DNA of 64,000 nucleotides, from contig JAVKHQ010000001.1 in assembly GCA_031459875.1 (NCBI GenBank), forward strand, positions 214,035 to 278,034. Reading direction: 5' to 3'. The stretch comes from Candidatus Fervidifonticultor sextus (GTDB lineage: Bacteria > Sysuimicrobiota > Sysuimicrobiia > Sysuimicrobiales > Humicultoraceae). Within the stretch, counting starts at the first letter, position 1. Each line of letters begins with the position of its first letter. Below the pieces are notes generated by a model. It saw only the letters and a list, made by a program, of their open reading frames with translations. It had not been told where the DNA came from and did not search any database. The position numbers were made by a program, and so were the translations under genes. This document shows, in pieces, positions 32,247 to 42,102 of the stretch.

Positions 32247-35141
32247 CTAGACGTCCTTCGCGGCCTGGACCCGCTCGCGCAGCGCCGCCTGAGCCGCGGC
32301 CAGCCTCGCCACCGGAACCCGGTAGGGCGAGCAACTCACGTAGTTCAGCCCCACCTGGTGGCAGAACTCCACCGAACTCGGGTCCCCGCCGTGTTCCCCG
32401 CAGATGCCGACCTCCAGGTCGGGCCGCTGCATGCGGCCGCGGGTCACGGCAATCTGCATCGCCTCGCCCACGCCGGTGCGGTCGAGGGTCTGGAACGGAT
32501 TCTCCGGCAGGATCCCCCGCTGGACGTACTGGAGCAGGAACTTGCCTTCGGCGTCGTCACGGGAGATCCCGAAGATGGTCTGGGTCAGGTCGTTGGTGCC
32601 GAAGGAGAAGAACTCGGCGTACCGGGCGATCTCGCCGGCGGTGAAGCAGGCCCGCGGAATCTCGATCATGGTGCCGAACTTGTACGCAAGCGCCACGCCC
32701 TCGCGCGCCAGCACGGCCCGGGCGACGTCTTCCAGTTCGCGCTTGGTCTCCCGCAGTTCATTGACGTGCCCGACCAGGGGGATCATGATCTCCGGCATGG
32801 CCGCAATCCCCTGCTTGGTGACCCGGCACGCCGCCTCCAGGATGGCCCGGACCTGCATCTTGATGATCCCCGGATAGAGCAGGCCCAGGCGGATGCCGCG
32901 CAGGCCCAGCATCGGGTTGGCCTCGCGCAGGGCCGCCACGGTCCGCAGTTCGGCCTCCTTGCGCCGCAGCCGTGCCCGCAGCGTCTTCAGTGAGGGCTGG
33001 CCCTTCCGCGGCCGGTAGCGAGGCAGCGCGTCCAGCGCGGCGATGCGGCCCCGCAGGTCGCTCGTCTCCTCCAGCAGCGAGTCGTAGGAGGGCAGGAACT
33101 CGTGCAGCGGCGGGTCGATCAGCCGGATGATGACCGGCAGCCCGTCCATTACCTTGAAGATGCCCTCGAAGTCGCGGCGCTGCAGCCGGCCCAGATGCGC
33201 CAGCGCCGACTCGTAGCGCCGCACCGCCGCCGACCTCCGGACGGCCCTGGCCGCCTCCCTGGCCCTGGCGCGCAGCGCCCTGTCCTCGGGCGCGGCGCTG
33301 GCGGCGCGCTCGGCGTCGCGCTGCCGGTCGTAGAGGGCCTGCGCTTCGGCGGCACTGAGGATCATCTGGCGGACGATCGGCAACCGCTCCTCCTCGAAGA
33401 ACATGTGCTCGGTCCGGCACAGGCCGATGCCTTCCGCGCCAAACGCCCGGGCCCGCTGGGCGTCCCTGGGGTAGTCCGCATTCGCCCACACCCCGAGGCG
33501 GCGGGCGCCGTCCGCCCAGGTGAGCAACTCGACCAGTTCCCGCTGCTCTTCCAGGCGCGGCTCGACGGCCGGGAGCCTGCCGGCGAACACCTCGCCGGTG
33601 GCGCCGTCGATCGAGATGAAGTCGCCTTCCTTGATGACGCGGCCGTTGGCGACGAACCGCCTGGCGGCGGGTTCCACCCGGATGGCCTCGCACCCGGCCA
33701 CGCAGGGCACGCCCAGGCCCCGGGCCACCACCGCGGCGTGGCTGGTGGCGCCGCCGCGGCTGGTCAGGATGCCCTTGGCGTGCAGCATCCCGTGGACGTC
33801 GTCGGGATTGGTCTCGGGGCGGACCAGGATCACCGGTTTGCCGGCCTTGCCCCAGGCCTCCGCCAGGTCCGCGGTGAACACCGCCATCCCCACCGCAGCG
33901 CCGGGCGAGGCGTTCAGCCCCCGCGAGAGGAGCCGCCCCTCCTTCACGGCGGCATCCTTGGCGGCGGGATCGAAGCGCGGGTGCAGGAGCATGTCGATGT
34001 GGCCCGGCTCCACCCGCAGCACCGCCTCCTCCTTCGTGATCAGGCCCTCGTGGGCCATGTCCACGGCGATCTTCACCGCGGCCTGCGCCGTCCGCTTGGC
34101 AGTCCGGGTCTGCAGCATCCACAGGCGGCCGCGCTCGATGGTGAACTCCAGGTCCTGGACGTCCCGGTAGTGCCGTTCCAGCAACTCGCAGACCTTCACG
34201 AACTCCTGGTAGGACTCCGGCATCTCCCGGGCCAGGTCGGCGATCGGCTTCGGCGTGCGGATCCCGGCCACCACATCCTCGCCCTGGGCGTTGGTCAGGT
34301 ACTCGCCGTAGACCTTCCGCTCGCCGGTGGCCGGGTCCCGCGTGAAGGCCACGCCGGTCGCCGAGTCCGGTCCCATGTTCCCGAAGACCATCGTCTGCAC
34401 GTTGACCGCGGTGCCCAAATCGTGGGGGATGCCGTGGAACGCCCGGTAGTCCACCGCCCGCTTGCCCATCCAGGAGTCGAAGACCGCCTCGATGGCCATC
34501 CGGAGCTGCTCCCACGGGTCCTCGGGGAAGGCGATCCCGCGCTCCGCCTTGATGATCCTCTTGAAGGTCTGGGCCAGGGCCCGCAGGTCTGCCGCGTCGA
34601 GCTCCGTGTCCTGCGTGACCCCCTTGCGGTGCTTGAGGCGCTCGATCTCCCGTTCGAAGCGCTCACCCGGAATGTCCAGGACGATCTTCCCGAACATCTG
34701 GACGAACCGGCGATAGGCGTCCTGGCCGAACCGTTCGTTGTTCGTCAGGCGGATGAGCCCTTCCAGCGTCTGCGCGTTCAGCCCCAGGTTGAGGACGGTG
34801 TCCATCATGCCCGGCATGCTGAACTTGGCCCCCGAGCGGACGGAGACCAGCAGGGGATTGGCTGGATCGCCGAACCCCTTCCCCGTCTTCTCCTCGAGGG
34901 TCCGCATGCGGGCGCGCACTTCGTCCATGAGCCCCTCGGGGAACTGGCGCCCGGACCTCATGAACTCGGTGCAGGCCTTGGTCGTGATGGTGAACCCGGG
35001 CGGCACCGGCAGCCCGACCCGGCTCATCTCGGCCAGTCCGGCGCCCTTGCCGCCCAGCAGGTCCCGCATCTGGGCGTTGCCTTCCTCGAAGAGCAGCGTC
35101 CAGCGGAACTCCGTACGCCGCCCTTCGGTCGTGATGACCAT
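32247..35141 (-). CDS. ppdK: Pyruvate, phosphate dikinase
   Basis: LLFEEGNAQMRDLLGGKGAGLAEM (N-terminal ATP-grasp start), central phosphohistidine region ..GGATSHAAVVARGLGVPCVAGC.., and a C-terminal PEP-utilising domain ending ..CSPYRVPVARLAAAQAAL. Confidence 0.9.
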   Translation of the reverse strand: MVITTEGRRTEFRWTLLFEEGNAQMRDLLGGKGAGLAEMSRVGLPVPPGFTITTKACTEFMRSGRQFPEGLMDEVRARMRTLEEKTGKGFGDPANPLLVSVRSGAKFSMPGMMDTVLNLGLNAQTLEGLIRLTNNERFGQDAYRRFVQMFGKIVLDIPGERFEREIERLKHRKGVTQDTELDAADLRALAQTFKRIIKAERGIAFPEDPWEQLRMAIEAVFDSWMGKRAVDYRAFHGIPHDLGTAVNVQTMVFGNMGPDSATGVAFTRDPATGERKVYGEYLTNAQGEDVVAGIRTPKPIADLAREMPESYQEFVKVCELLERHYRDVQDLEFTIERGRLWMLQTRTAKRTAQAAVKIAVDMAHEGLITKEEAVLRVEPGHIDMLLHPRFDPAAKDAAVKEGRLLSRGLNASPGAAVGMAVFTADLAEAWGKAGKPVILVRPETNPDDVHGMLHAKGILTSRGGATSHAAVVARGLGVPCVAGCEAIRVEPAARRFVANGRVIKEGDFISIDGATGEVFAGRLPAVEPRLEEQRELVELLTWADGARRLGVWANADYPRDAQRARAFGAEGIGLCRTEHMFFEEERLPIVRQMILSAAEAQALYDRQRDAERAASAAPEDRALRARAREAARAVRRSAAVRRYESALAHLGRLQRRDFEGIFKVMDGLPVIIRLIDPPLHEFLPSYDSLLEETSDLRGRIAALDALPRYRPRKGQPSLKTLRARLRRKEAELRTVAALREANPMLGLRGIRLGLLYPGIIKMQVRAILEAACRVTKQGIAAMPEIMIPLVGHVNELRETKRELEDVARAVLAREGVALAYKFGTMIEIPRACFTAGEIARYAEFFSFGTNDLTQTIFGISRDDAEGKFLLQYVQRGILPENPFQTLDRTGVGEAMQIAVTRGRMQRPDLEVGICGEHGGDPSSVEFCHQVGLNYVSCSPYRVPVARLAAAQAALRERVQAAKDV

Positions 35142-35147
35142 CCACCC

Positions 35148-37367
35148 TCACTCCTTTACCGAATATCCGGGGCGTCCGGCTTCCTGTGGAGCGGACGCGC
35201 CCGTCCTTCCGCTTGAATTCGGTGCGGGGGCTCCCCCTGCCTCCAGACGGACCAGCCGGCTGAAGTCGGCAATCTGCAGGAACGTAGCGGTGATCTCGCG
35301 CAGCAGCGCCAGGCGGTTCCCCCGGACCGCCGGCGCGGGGGCCATGACCAGCACCTCGTCGAAGAACCGGTCGATCGGGTCGGCCAGCTGCGCCAGGATT
35401 TCGAGGGCCTCCATGTAGCGGCGCTCGCGCTCACCCGCCCCCTCCCGCGTCCCCGCCGCCTCCGGGACCAACGCCCGGGCGATCTCCGCGTTGGCGTGCT
35501 GCCACGCCTGGTAGAGCGCCACTTCGGCCGGCTCGGTCAGTTTCGACTCGTCCACCGCCGGAGCCGGAGCGCCCTGGCCGAGAATCCGCGAGGCGCGTGC
35601 GAACCCCGTGGCCAGCCGGGCCATGACCGGATCCCCGCGCATCCGGTGCAGCGCGCGGACGCGGGCGGCCAGATCCGTCACCCGGTCGCCGCGGGTCGCG
35701 AAGACGGCATCTACCGCATCGTAGGCCATCCCCTGGTCGAGCAGCGACCCGCGGAACCGCTGTAGCACGAACTCTGCGCAGGCGCGCGCCATCGGGCCCC
35801 CGGTCTCTGCGGGGGCCTCGAAGGTCCCCACCGCGGTGGTGAAGAGGTCGCCCAGTCCTACCGGCAGATCGTGTGCCAGCAGCACGGCGGCGATCCCCGA
35901 GGCCGCGCGGCGCAGGCCGTAGGGGTCCTGGGACCCGGTCGGCTCCAGGCCGGCCAGCAGCGCGCCCGCCAGCAGCACGGCCCGATCGGCCACGGCCAGC
36001 AGCGCGCCCGCCAGCGTCTGTGGAGGCGTCCCGCCCGCCGCCTTCGGCCAGTAGTGCTGCTCGACGGCGCTGGCCACGTCTGCGGGTTCGCCCCGCTCCA
36101 GCGCGTAGATCCGCCCCATGGTGCCCTGGAGGTCGGGGAACTCGCGGACCATGGCGGTCACCAGGTCCGCCTTGCACAGGCGCGCCGCCCGCTCGACCGT
36201 CTGCCGCCCCGTCTCGTCCAGTCCGACGACCCCGGCCAGCCAGGCTGCGACGCGCTCGAGGCGCCGGACGTGGTCGGCCATGGAGCCGAGCCCCTCGACG
36301 TGCGCCAGACGGGCCAGTTCGCCGATCCACGCATCAAAGTGGCTCCGGCGGTCCTCCTCGAGGAAGAACCGGGCGTCTTCGAGCCTGGCCCGCACCACCC
36401 ACTCGTGGCCGGTCCGCACCGAGTCCAGGTGCGCGGTGCCGCCGTCGCGGACCGCGATGAAGGCGGGCAGCAGATCACCCGCCGGACTCTCGACCCCGAA
36501 GCACTTCTGGTGGTGTTGCAGGGTGACCAGCACCACCTCGCGGGGGAGTGCCGCGGACAGCGCCGGGTCGAAGGTGCCGAGCAGCGGCGTGGGATGCTCG
36601 GTGGACCAGACGAGTTCGTCCAGCAGCGCCTCGTCCAGGACCGGTCGCCCGCCGACGCCGCCGGCCAGGGCGCCGGCGCCGTCGGCGATGCGCCTGCGGC
36701 GCTGCTCGGGATCCAGCAGCACGTGGGCCCGTCGGATGGCCGCCGGGTACGCCCTGGCCCCCCGGACCGTCACCGGGCCGGGGGCGAGGAACCGATGGCC
36801 TCGGGTCCGTCGGCCCGCCCTCACCCCGGCCACCGCCAGGGGAATGAGGCGGTCGCCCAACAGGGCCACGACCCACCGGATGGGCCGTCCGAAGCGGAAG
36901 CCGTGAGATGCCCACCGCATGCTCTTGGGAAACGAGAGGCCCGCGATCACGCGCGGCAGGATCTCGGCCAGGACCACGTAGGAGGGACGGCCGGCCTCCC
37001 TGACCTCGGCGGTCACATAGCGGCCCCCCTCGAGGTCCCGAACCTTCAGAGCCTCCACCGCCACCCCCTGCGATCGGGCGAATCCCACCGCGGCCTGCGT
37101 CGGCGCACCGGCCGCATCGTAGGCGATCCGGGCGGCGGGTCCGCGCACGATGGTCAGACGGTCAGCCTGGCGGGACGCCACGCCCTCGGCCATCAGGACC
37201 AGCCGGCGCACGGTGCCGGTGGTCTGTACCGCCCCCGCTGCGATGCGCGCCTCGCGCAGCGCCGCGCGTGTCTCCCGCGCCAACTGCTCCAGCACCGGTG
37301 CCACCGAGCCGGGCGGGAGCTCCTCGGTCCCGATCTCGACGAGCAGGGCGGCCGGCGCGCCCGACAC
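35148..37367 (-). CDS. glyS: Glycine--tRNA ligase beta subunit
   Basis: ..LLVEIGTEELPPGSV.. is the typical GlyS N-terminus. The start is set at GTG 37365-37367, 7 nt after the glyQ stop. The track start at 37433 would overlap glyQ. Confidence 0.85.
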   Translation of the reverse strand: MSGAPAALLVEIGTEELPPGSVAPVLEQLARETRAALREARIAAGAVQTTGTVRRLVLMAEGVASRQADRLTIVRGPAARIAYDAAGAPTQAAVGFARSQGVAVEALKVRDLEGGRYVTAEVREAGRPSYVVLAEILPRVIAGLSFPKSMRWASHGFRFGRPIRWVVALLGDRLIPLAVAGVRAGRRTRGHRFLAPGPVTVRGARAYPAAIRRAHVLLDPEQRRRRIADGAGALAGGVGGRPVLDEALLDELVWSTEHPTPLLGTFDPALSAALPREVVLVTLQHHQKCFGVESPAGDLLPAFIAVRDGGTAHLDSVRTGHEWVVRARLEDARFFLEEDRRSHFDAWIGELARLAHVEGLGSMADHVRRLERVAAWLAGVVGLDETGRQTVERAARLCKADLVTAMVREFPDLQGTMGRIYALERGEPADVASAVEQHYWPKAAGGTPPQTLAGALLAVADRAVLLAGALLAGLEPTGSQDPYGLRRAASGIAAVLLAHDLPVGLGDLFTTAVGTFEAPAETGGPMARACAEFVLQRFRGSLLDQGMAYDAVDAVFATRGDRVTDLAARVRALHRMRGDPVMARLATGFARASRILGQGAPAPAVDESKLTEPAEVALYQAWQHANAEIARALVPEAAGTREGAGERERRYMEALEILAQLADPIDRFFDEVLVMAPAPAVRGNRLALLREITATFLQIADFSRLVRLEAGGAPAPNSSGRTGASAPQEAGRPGYSVKE

Positions 37368-37374
37368 GCGGCGC

Positions 37375-38289
37375 CTAGGCAACGCCCCCGCCTCCGGCGG
37401 GCTCGCCCCCTGACTGGCGGACCGGCGGTGCACCCTGCTGCAGGTACGCCACCGCCGCCCCCCGCGCCAGCGCCCGGATCCGGCCCATCAGTTCCACGCG
37501 CTGCGTCACGCTGACGGCGCCGCGCGCGTCCAGCAGGTTGAACAGGTGCGAGCACTTCAGCACGGCGTCGTAGGCCGGCAGGACGAGCGGGATCTCCAGC
37601 AGCCGACGCGCCTCGGCCTCGTGGGCCTCGAACAGCCTCCGCAGCGCCTCCGGATCGCCGTACTCGAATCCATACGTCGAGTGCTGTCGCTCTTCGTCCC
37701 TCCGCAGGGAACCGTAGGTCACGCCGGGCGCCCACTCCACCTCGAAGACCGACGTCTTGCGCTGGAGGTACATCGCCAGCCGCTCCAGGCCGTAGGTGAG
37801 CTCGACCGAGACCGGGTCCAGGTCCAGCCCGCCCATCTGCTGGAAATACGTGAACTGCGTGATCTCCTGGCCGTCCAGAAAGACCTGCCACCCGACACCC
37901 CACGCCCCGAGGGTCGGCGCCTCCCAGTCGTCCTCCAGAAAGCGCACGTCGTGGTGCTCCAGGACCAGGCCCAGACGCTCCAGGCTCTTCAGGTAGAGGT
38001 CTTGAACGTCGTCGGGCGCCGGCTTGAGGATCACCTGATACTGGTAGTGTTTGTAGAGCCGGTTGGGATTCTCCCCGTAGCGGCCGTCGGCGGGTCGGCG
38101 GCTGGGCTGCACGTAGGCGACCCGCCAGGGCTGGGGCCCGAGCGTGCGCAGGAACGTGGCCGGGTGGAACGTACCGGCGCCCACCTCCACATCGTAGGCT
38201 TCTTCCAGCACGCAGCCCTGACCGGCCCAGAACCGGTCCAGGGCCAGGATCGTGTCTTGAAAGGTCAGGACCTTGTCGCGTTTAGGCAT
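37375..38289 (-). CDS. glyQ: Glycine--tRNA ligase alpha subunit
   Basis: [48 protein letters not shown].. is a highly conserved GlyQ. The start is the internal ATG 38287-38289 (304 aa), since the 63-aa upstream extension covers the T-box leader. Confidence 0.9.
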   Translation of the reverse strand: MPKRDKVLTFQDTILALDRFWAGQGCVLEEAYDVEVGAGTFHPATFLRTLGPQPWRVAYVQPSRRPADGRYGENPNRLYKHYQYQVILKPAPDDVQDLYLKSLERLGLVLEHHDVRFLEDDWEAPTLGAWGVGWQVFLDGQEITQFTYFQQMGGLDLDPVSVELTYGLERLAMYLQRKTSVFEVEWAPGVTYGSLRRDEERQHSTYGFEYGDPEALRRLFEAHEAEARRLLEIPLVLPAYDAVLKCSHLFNLLDARGAVSVTQRVELMGRIRALARGAAVAYLQQGAPPVRQSGGEPAGGGGVA

Positions 38290-38545
38290 CGGTCGCGAAC
38301 CGTGCACACAACAAAAGAGCGCCGTCTCAGGGACGGGCGCTCCGCGGTTCCACCCTGATTCCCGCGGCACGCCTCGCACCGCGGGCTCTCGCTCCGCGCT
38401 CTCGGGCGGATCCCGGCAGGGGCATTGACCTGCGGCTTGGGAGCGCCGTTCACCGCGCCCCGCGCCCGTTCCCACCACCCACGGGCTCTCTCAAGCGGTT
38501 TGGCGGCTACTCCTCTCCCGCATCGCCGTGCGTGATACAGCCTGG
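38290..38545 (-). ncRNA. T-box riboswitch leader (glycine-specific, glyQS type) with terminator/antiterminator
   Basis: The minus strand contains AATCAGGGTGGAACCGCG (plus-strand 38343-38360), which matches the T-box consensus AAUUAGGGUGGNACCGCG. It is immediately followed by a terminator hairpin GAGCGCCCGTCCCTGAGACGGCGCTC plus TTTTGTTGTGTG. The leader is short, with GGC codon candidates, as in Gly T-boxes. Confidence 0.8.
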
Positions 38546-38548
38546 GCC

Positions 38549-38577
38549 ATTCTAGCAACCGGGACCGGCGCGGTCAA
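38549..38577 (-). promoter_or_regulatory. Sigma-A type promoter for the glyQS T-box leader
   Basis: Minus strand: TTGACC (38572-38577), a 17-nt spacer, then TAGAAT (38549-38554). It sits about 250 nt upstream of glyQ and directly 5' of the T-box leader. Confidence 0.5.
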
Positions 38578-38804
38578 CGCGCAAGCGACGCCCAGGGGCA
38601 CACTCACGAGCGGCGCACTCTGGTTCGCTCGCAGAGGGGCGTCTCGAATCTCGTTCATCGCCTGTTTCCAAGCCACCCGCCGTTCCGGGAGCGCCCCCTG
38701 GCTGCGCAGGCGTCCCGGCCGCGGTTCGAGATCCACCACCGGCTGGTGACGCAGCGAGCTCAACAGCGCTTGCCGCCACATCGCCGTGTGCGGTCATCAA
38801 TTGG

Positions 38805-39680
38805 TCAAGACCGGCCCCGTTGAAGAACAGCCTGCGTCTGCCGCGTGAGACGCATGCCCAGATCGTGCAGGTCGCGGAAGCCTTCCGGCGACGGGAGGTT
38901 AATCTCGCTGGCCAAAAGCCGCAGATTCGGGCCTCCGGCCCAGACTCGGAGAGATCCGCCCTGGTTGGCATGCCACCGTTTGATCACAGCGATGACCTCA
39001 TCTGACACAATCTCCAGTGCCACACGGGCATCGTCGGCGAACACGCGGTAGCCTTCCGGAAGCCTTCCGACGGCTGTGGTCACCTCTCGTGCGGTCCGGG
39101 CAAAGGCGATGACAGGCGGAAGCCGAACCGCGGTCCTCTGTCCGGCTGCGACGGGCCAGGACCCGGGAGTGACGCCTGCTGTGGGATCAACATCAAGTCG
39201 GTACCCGGACCCGGCCAGCCAGCCCCACGCCGACTCGCTCGTCTTGATATCGTTGCCGACGATCGCGAGCACATGTTCCGAGCGCACCGAGTCGGTCGTC
39301 CAAATCAACGTCGTGCGGCGGGGTGTCTCGGCGTCGTCCACACTGACGACACGAAGCGTCCACTCGACGCCGTCCGTGGCGCCCGCGTACCGGGCGACCT
39401 CGCCCTCTCGGAACGGCTCTGTGACCCGTCCGCCCATGGCAAGGGCCCGTGCCGCGTGTATGGTATGCTCCTTCCCCCGGGTCGCGCCTCTCCATCGCGC
39501 CAGCATGATCACGGCGATGACGACGACAATGAGAATTTCTACCAGCCCGAGCGACACGCCAGAACGGCCACGGCGACCCTCATTCTGGATGCCGGCCCGT
39601 ACTACCGCCCGGTCACGACGGTGATCGACGAACCCGGGCTTCCGGCACCAGGAGGAGTAATCGGGGACGGTGTCTGCCAC
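38805..39680 (-). CDS. Membrane protein of unknown function (first gene of the accessory island as transcribed; start uncertain)
   Basis: A hydrophobic segment LGLVEILIVVVIAVIMLARW is followed by a soluble domain. The first roughly 35 aa of the track ORF are the out-of-frame reading of the conserved 3' end of the upstream lectin gene, so they are not part of the protein. Confidence 0.45.
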   Translation of the reverse strand: MADTVPDYSSWCRKPGFVDHRRDRAVVRAGIQNEGRRGRSGVSLGLVEILIVVVIAVIMLARWRGATRGKEHTIHAARALAMGGRVTEPFREGEVARYAGATDGVEWTLRVVSVDDAETPRRTTLIWTTDSVRSEHVLAIVGNDIKTSESAWGWLAGSGYRLDVDPTAGVTPGSWPVAAGQRTAVRLPPVIAFARTAREVTTAVGRLPEGYRVFADDARVALEIVSDEVIAVIKRWHANQGGSLRVWAGGPNLRLLASEINLPSPEGFRDLHDLGMRLTRQTQAVLQRGRS

Positions 39681-40828
39681 GGTCCAACGGCCCAGTTCGT
39701 GGCGATGGCACCGTCGGACCCTTGGTAGAAGACGTGCAACTGGTCACGGCGCAACACGGCTGCAAGACGGGATCCGGCCCCGGCCGCACCCGCCGGCGTG
39801 ATAGCGAAAGGCTTCGCCCACGGCCCGACGGCCCATGTCGTTGCGATCGCGCCGTCGCGAGCGATGTAGAACACGTGGAGTTGGTCGCCGCCACGGACCA
39901 CGGCCGCCAGCGGCGAGTCCCCACGGGCTGCGCCGGGCGGGGTGATAGGGAACGGACTTGCCCAGGAGTGCTGACCATCCTTCCAGGTCGTCGCGACCGC
40001 GCTGTCGGGGCGCACGAAGAACACGTGAAGCTGGTCGTTCCCACGGGTCAGCACCGCAATCGGCGTCTGCGGGTTTCCCACACCGGGCGGAACAATCGGC
40101 TGCCGCCCTGTCGTCTTCTGGAGGGGGTTGACAGGGCGGCAGCTCAGGATGTCGATAGACCAGTCCTCAACGAGTGCGCCGTCGACGGCCTGGTAGAACA
40201 CGCTCCACCCGCAGGGGTTCGGGATGAAGGCCAAGCCGGAACCGTTCCCCACCGAGCTGGCCGAAACGACTTCCAAAGCATACACATGAGAGGCCGTGGC
40301 GGTCACGGGCTGCTCATCCATACCTGCGACTGAGTTGCGCGGGGTGACGAAGAATATCCAGCCGCGGCGGCCCCACTTGGCAGCCGTCAGCGGTGAGTCG
40401 CCGCGCACGAGGCCAACCTGTGTAATGGCGTTCGCTCTCCACTGGCGACCGACCTGCATCGCGCTCCCAATCGCGCCGTCGGGCTGGACGTAGAAGGCTT
40501 GCAAGAAGCCCTGTTCGTTGACCGCCGCGGCGATTGGCGAGTTTGGCCTCCCCGCGCCGGGCGGGGCAATCTGGGACGGCGTGCTCCATGGCCCCACGGC
40601 CCAGTTCATGCCCAGGGCACCGTTGGGGGCCTGATAGAAGACGTCGAGTTCGTCAGGGTTCCTGGTCAGGGTGCGCTCGATACGACCTCCCGGGAGGCCA
40701 GGCGCGGCCGCCGCAGCAATGACCGTCGCATCCGTGCTCTTCTTCGCCATCCCCGCCGGAGAGAGCAGTATCGAGGTCACGACAAGAGCGACTACCCCGA
40801 TCTTCATGGCGCCGGCTTGGAGGAGCAT
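39602..40828 (-). CDS. Secreted beta-propeller repeat protein, PLL/AAL-lectin-like (paralog 1)
   Basis: Signal peptide MLLQAGAMKIGVVALVVTSILLSPAGMA (ATG 40826-40828, SD AAAGGAGAG). Then about eight 47-aa repeats of the form [SP.AAV.R..DQLHVFY.G.DGAIATNWAVGPW..P..ITPPGAA]. The last blade is truncated (..PPGAGSPGSSITVVTGR), consistent with velcro closure. Confidence 0.6.
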   Translation of the reverse strand: MLLQAGAMKIGVVALVVTSILLSPAGMAKKSTDATVIAAAAAPGLPGGRIERTLTRNPDELDVFYQAPNGALGMNWAVGPWSTPSQIAPPGAGRPNSPIAAAVNEQGFLQAFYVQPDGAIGSAMQVGRQWRANAITQVGLVRGDSPLTAAKWGRRGWIFFVTPRNSVAGMDEQPVTATASHVYALEVVSASSVGNGSGLAFIPNPCGWSVFYQAVDGALVEDWSIDILSCRPVNPLQKTTGRQPIVPPGVGNPQTPIAVLTRGNDQLHVFFVRPDSAVATTWKDGQHSWASPFPITPPGAARGDSPLAAVVRGGDQLHVFYIARDGAIATTWAVGPWAKPFAITPAGAAGAGSRLAAVLRRDQLHVFYQGSDGAIATNWAVGPWQTPSPITPPGAGSPGSSITVVTGR

Positions 40829-40842
40829 CGGCGACTCTCCTT

Positions 40843-42102
40843 TCACTTGCCCGTCACCGCGACAATCGGGGAGCCTGAGCTTCCCGCTCCCGGCGGCGTG
40901 ATGGGCAAGGGCGTCTGCCACGGTCCCGATGGATACGGCAGCGGCGCCACGGCCCAGGTCGTCGCCAGCGCTCCGTCGGGCCCCTGGTAGAAAACGTGCA
41001 ACTGGTCGTCGCGGTGCTCGACCGCTGCTATCCGGGAGCCTCGCCCGGCCGCGCCCGGCGGCGTGATGAGGAAGGGCGTCCGCCAGGGATACAGTGGTCC
41101 GATTATCACATTGGCCCTCACCATCGAGGTCGTCGCCAGGGAGCCATCGGAACTCACATAGAAGACGTGGATCACCTCGTCGCGATGAATGGCCGCTGCT
41201 AGCGGCGAATCGCCGCGAGATGCGCCAGGCGGTGTGATTGTGACCGGCGCAATACGGAAGAGCTCGTCAGTTCCATACGTCGTTGCGACAGCGTTGTCGG
41301 GCTGCACAAAGAAGACGTGGACCTGGGTATTGTTGCGGGTTAGCGACGCGATCGGCGACCGCGGAGCCGCCACAAACGGTGGGGCGATTTGGACTGGCGA
41401 CTGCCATCCCGGCGCTGCCACGCGTGGTGCAAATCGGGCCCCCACCGGCACAAAGAAAACGTCCACGATCGCTCCGGTGGTCGTCTGGTAGAACACGTGC
41501 CACTCGTTGTTGCGGCGCAGGGCCGCGGCAAGATCGGTGCCGTTGCCCGCCGAGCCGGCCGGCGTGATCGCCTCAGCGGTCACGTGGGGGATCGCATCGG
41601 TCACCAGGCCCGCGAATATCCTCGAGACTGAGCCGTTCGGGGCGACGAAGAACACGCTGATCTCCCTGCCGAGCCTGACGGCTGCCAGCGGCGAGTCGAC
41701 GCGCACGAGGCCGGGCTGTGTGATGGCGCTCGCCCTCCACCGGCCACCGCCGACCTGCATCACGCTCCCAATCGCGCCGTCGGGCTGGACGTAGAAGGCC
41801 TGAAACATGCCCTCCCTGTTGATCGCAGCAGCGATGGGCGAGTCCGGCCTCGCCTCGCCGCGCGGCGTAATCGACGTGGGCGCAAACCATGGCCCCCCCA
41901 CTGTCGAGTTCGTGGCGAGCGAGCCATCAGGTCCCCGATAGAAGACGCGACGTTCATCGGGGCCTGGAGCCAGGTTGCGGCCGAGCCCCCGGGGCTCGAG
42001 ACCGGGCTGAGTCACGGCGGCTCGGATTGCGCCCCCCTGCGCGGCGACCAAAGCCCAGAAGAGCATGGAGGTCACAGCGAGCAGACGCACCCCGGTCTTC
42101 AT
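40843..42102 (-). CDS. Secreted beta-propeller repeat protein, PLL/AAL-lectin-like (paralog 2)
   Basis: Signal peptide MKTGVRLLAVTSMLFWALVAAQGG (start at M26 of the track ORF). Same repeat family, with the same truncated terminal blade ..PITPPGAGSSGSPIVAVTGK. The first 25 aa of the track ORF are a frame artefact over the conserved 3' end of paralog 3. Confidence 0.6.
   Translation of the reverse strand: MKTGVRLLAVTSMLFWALVAAQGGAIRAAVTQPGLEPRGLGRNLAPGPDERRVFYRGPDGSLATNSTVGGPWFAPTSITPRGEARPDSPIAAAINREGMFQAFYVQPDGAIGSVMQVGGGRWRASAITQPGLVRVDSPLAAVRLGREISVFFVAPNGSVSRIFAGLVTDAIPHVTAEAITPAGSAGNGTDLAAALRRNNEWHVFYQTTTGAIVDVFFVPVGARFAPRVAAPGWQSPVQIAPPFVAAPRSPIASLTRNNTQVHVFFVQPDNAVATTYGTDELFRIAPVTITPPGASRGDSPLAAAIHRDEVIHVFYVSSDGSLATTSMVRANVIIGPLYPWRTPFLITPPGAAGRGSRIAAVEHRDDQLHVFYQGPDGALATTWAVAPLPYPSGPWQTPLPITPPGAGSSGSPIVAVTGK

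Noticed and set aside
38491-38971. Small minus-strand ORFs (96 aa and 139 aa) between glyQ and the island
   Set aside because: They overlap the T-box leader and promoter, and the composition is R/A/P-rich. The region is better explained as non-coding leader or intergenic sequence.
40829-40921. N-terminal extensions MADALAHHAAGSG.. / MADALPDHAARRG.. / MADTVPDYSSWC.. on the three island genes (also 42103-42177 and 39604-39680)
   Set aside because: Each is the alternate-frame reading of the near-identical 3' coding end of the upstream paralog (exactly 79-nt overlaps). Strong signal peptides with SD sequences start just downstream, so they are treated as artefacts.
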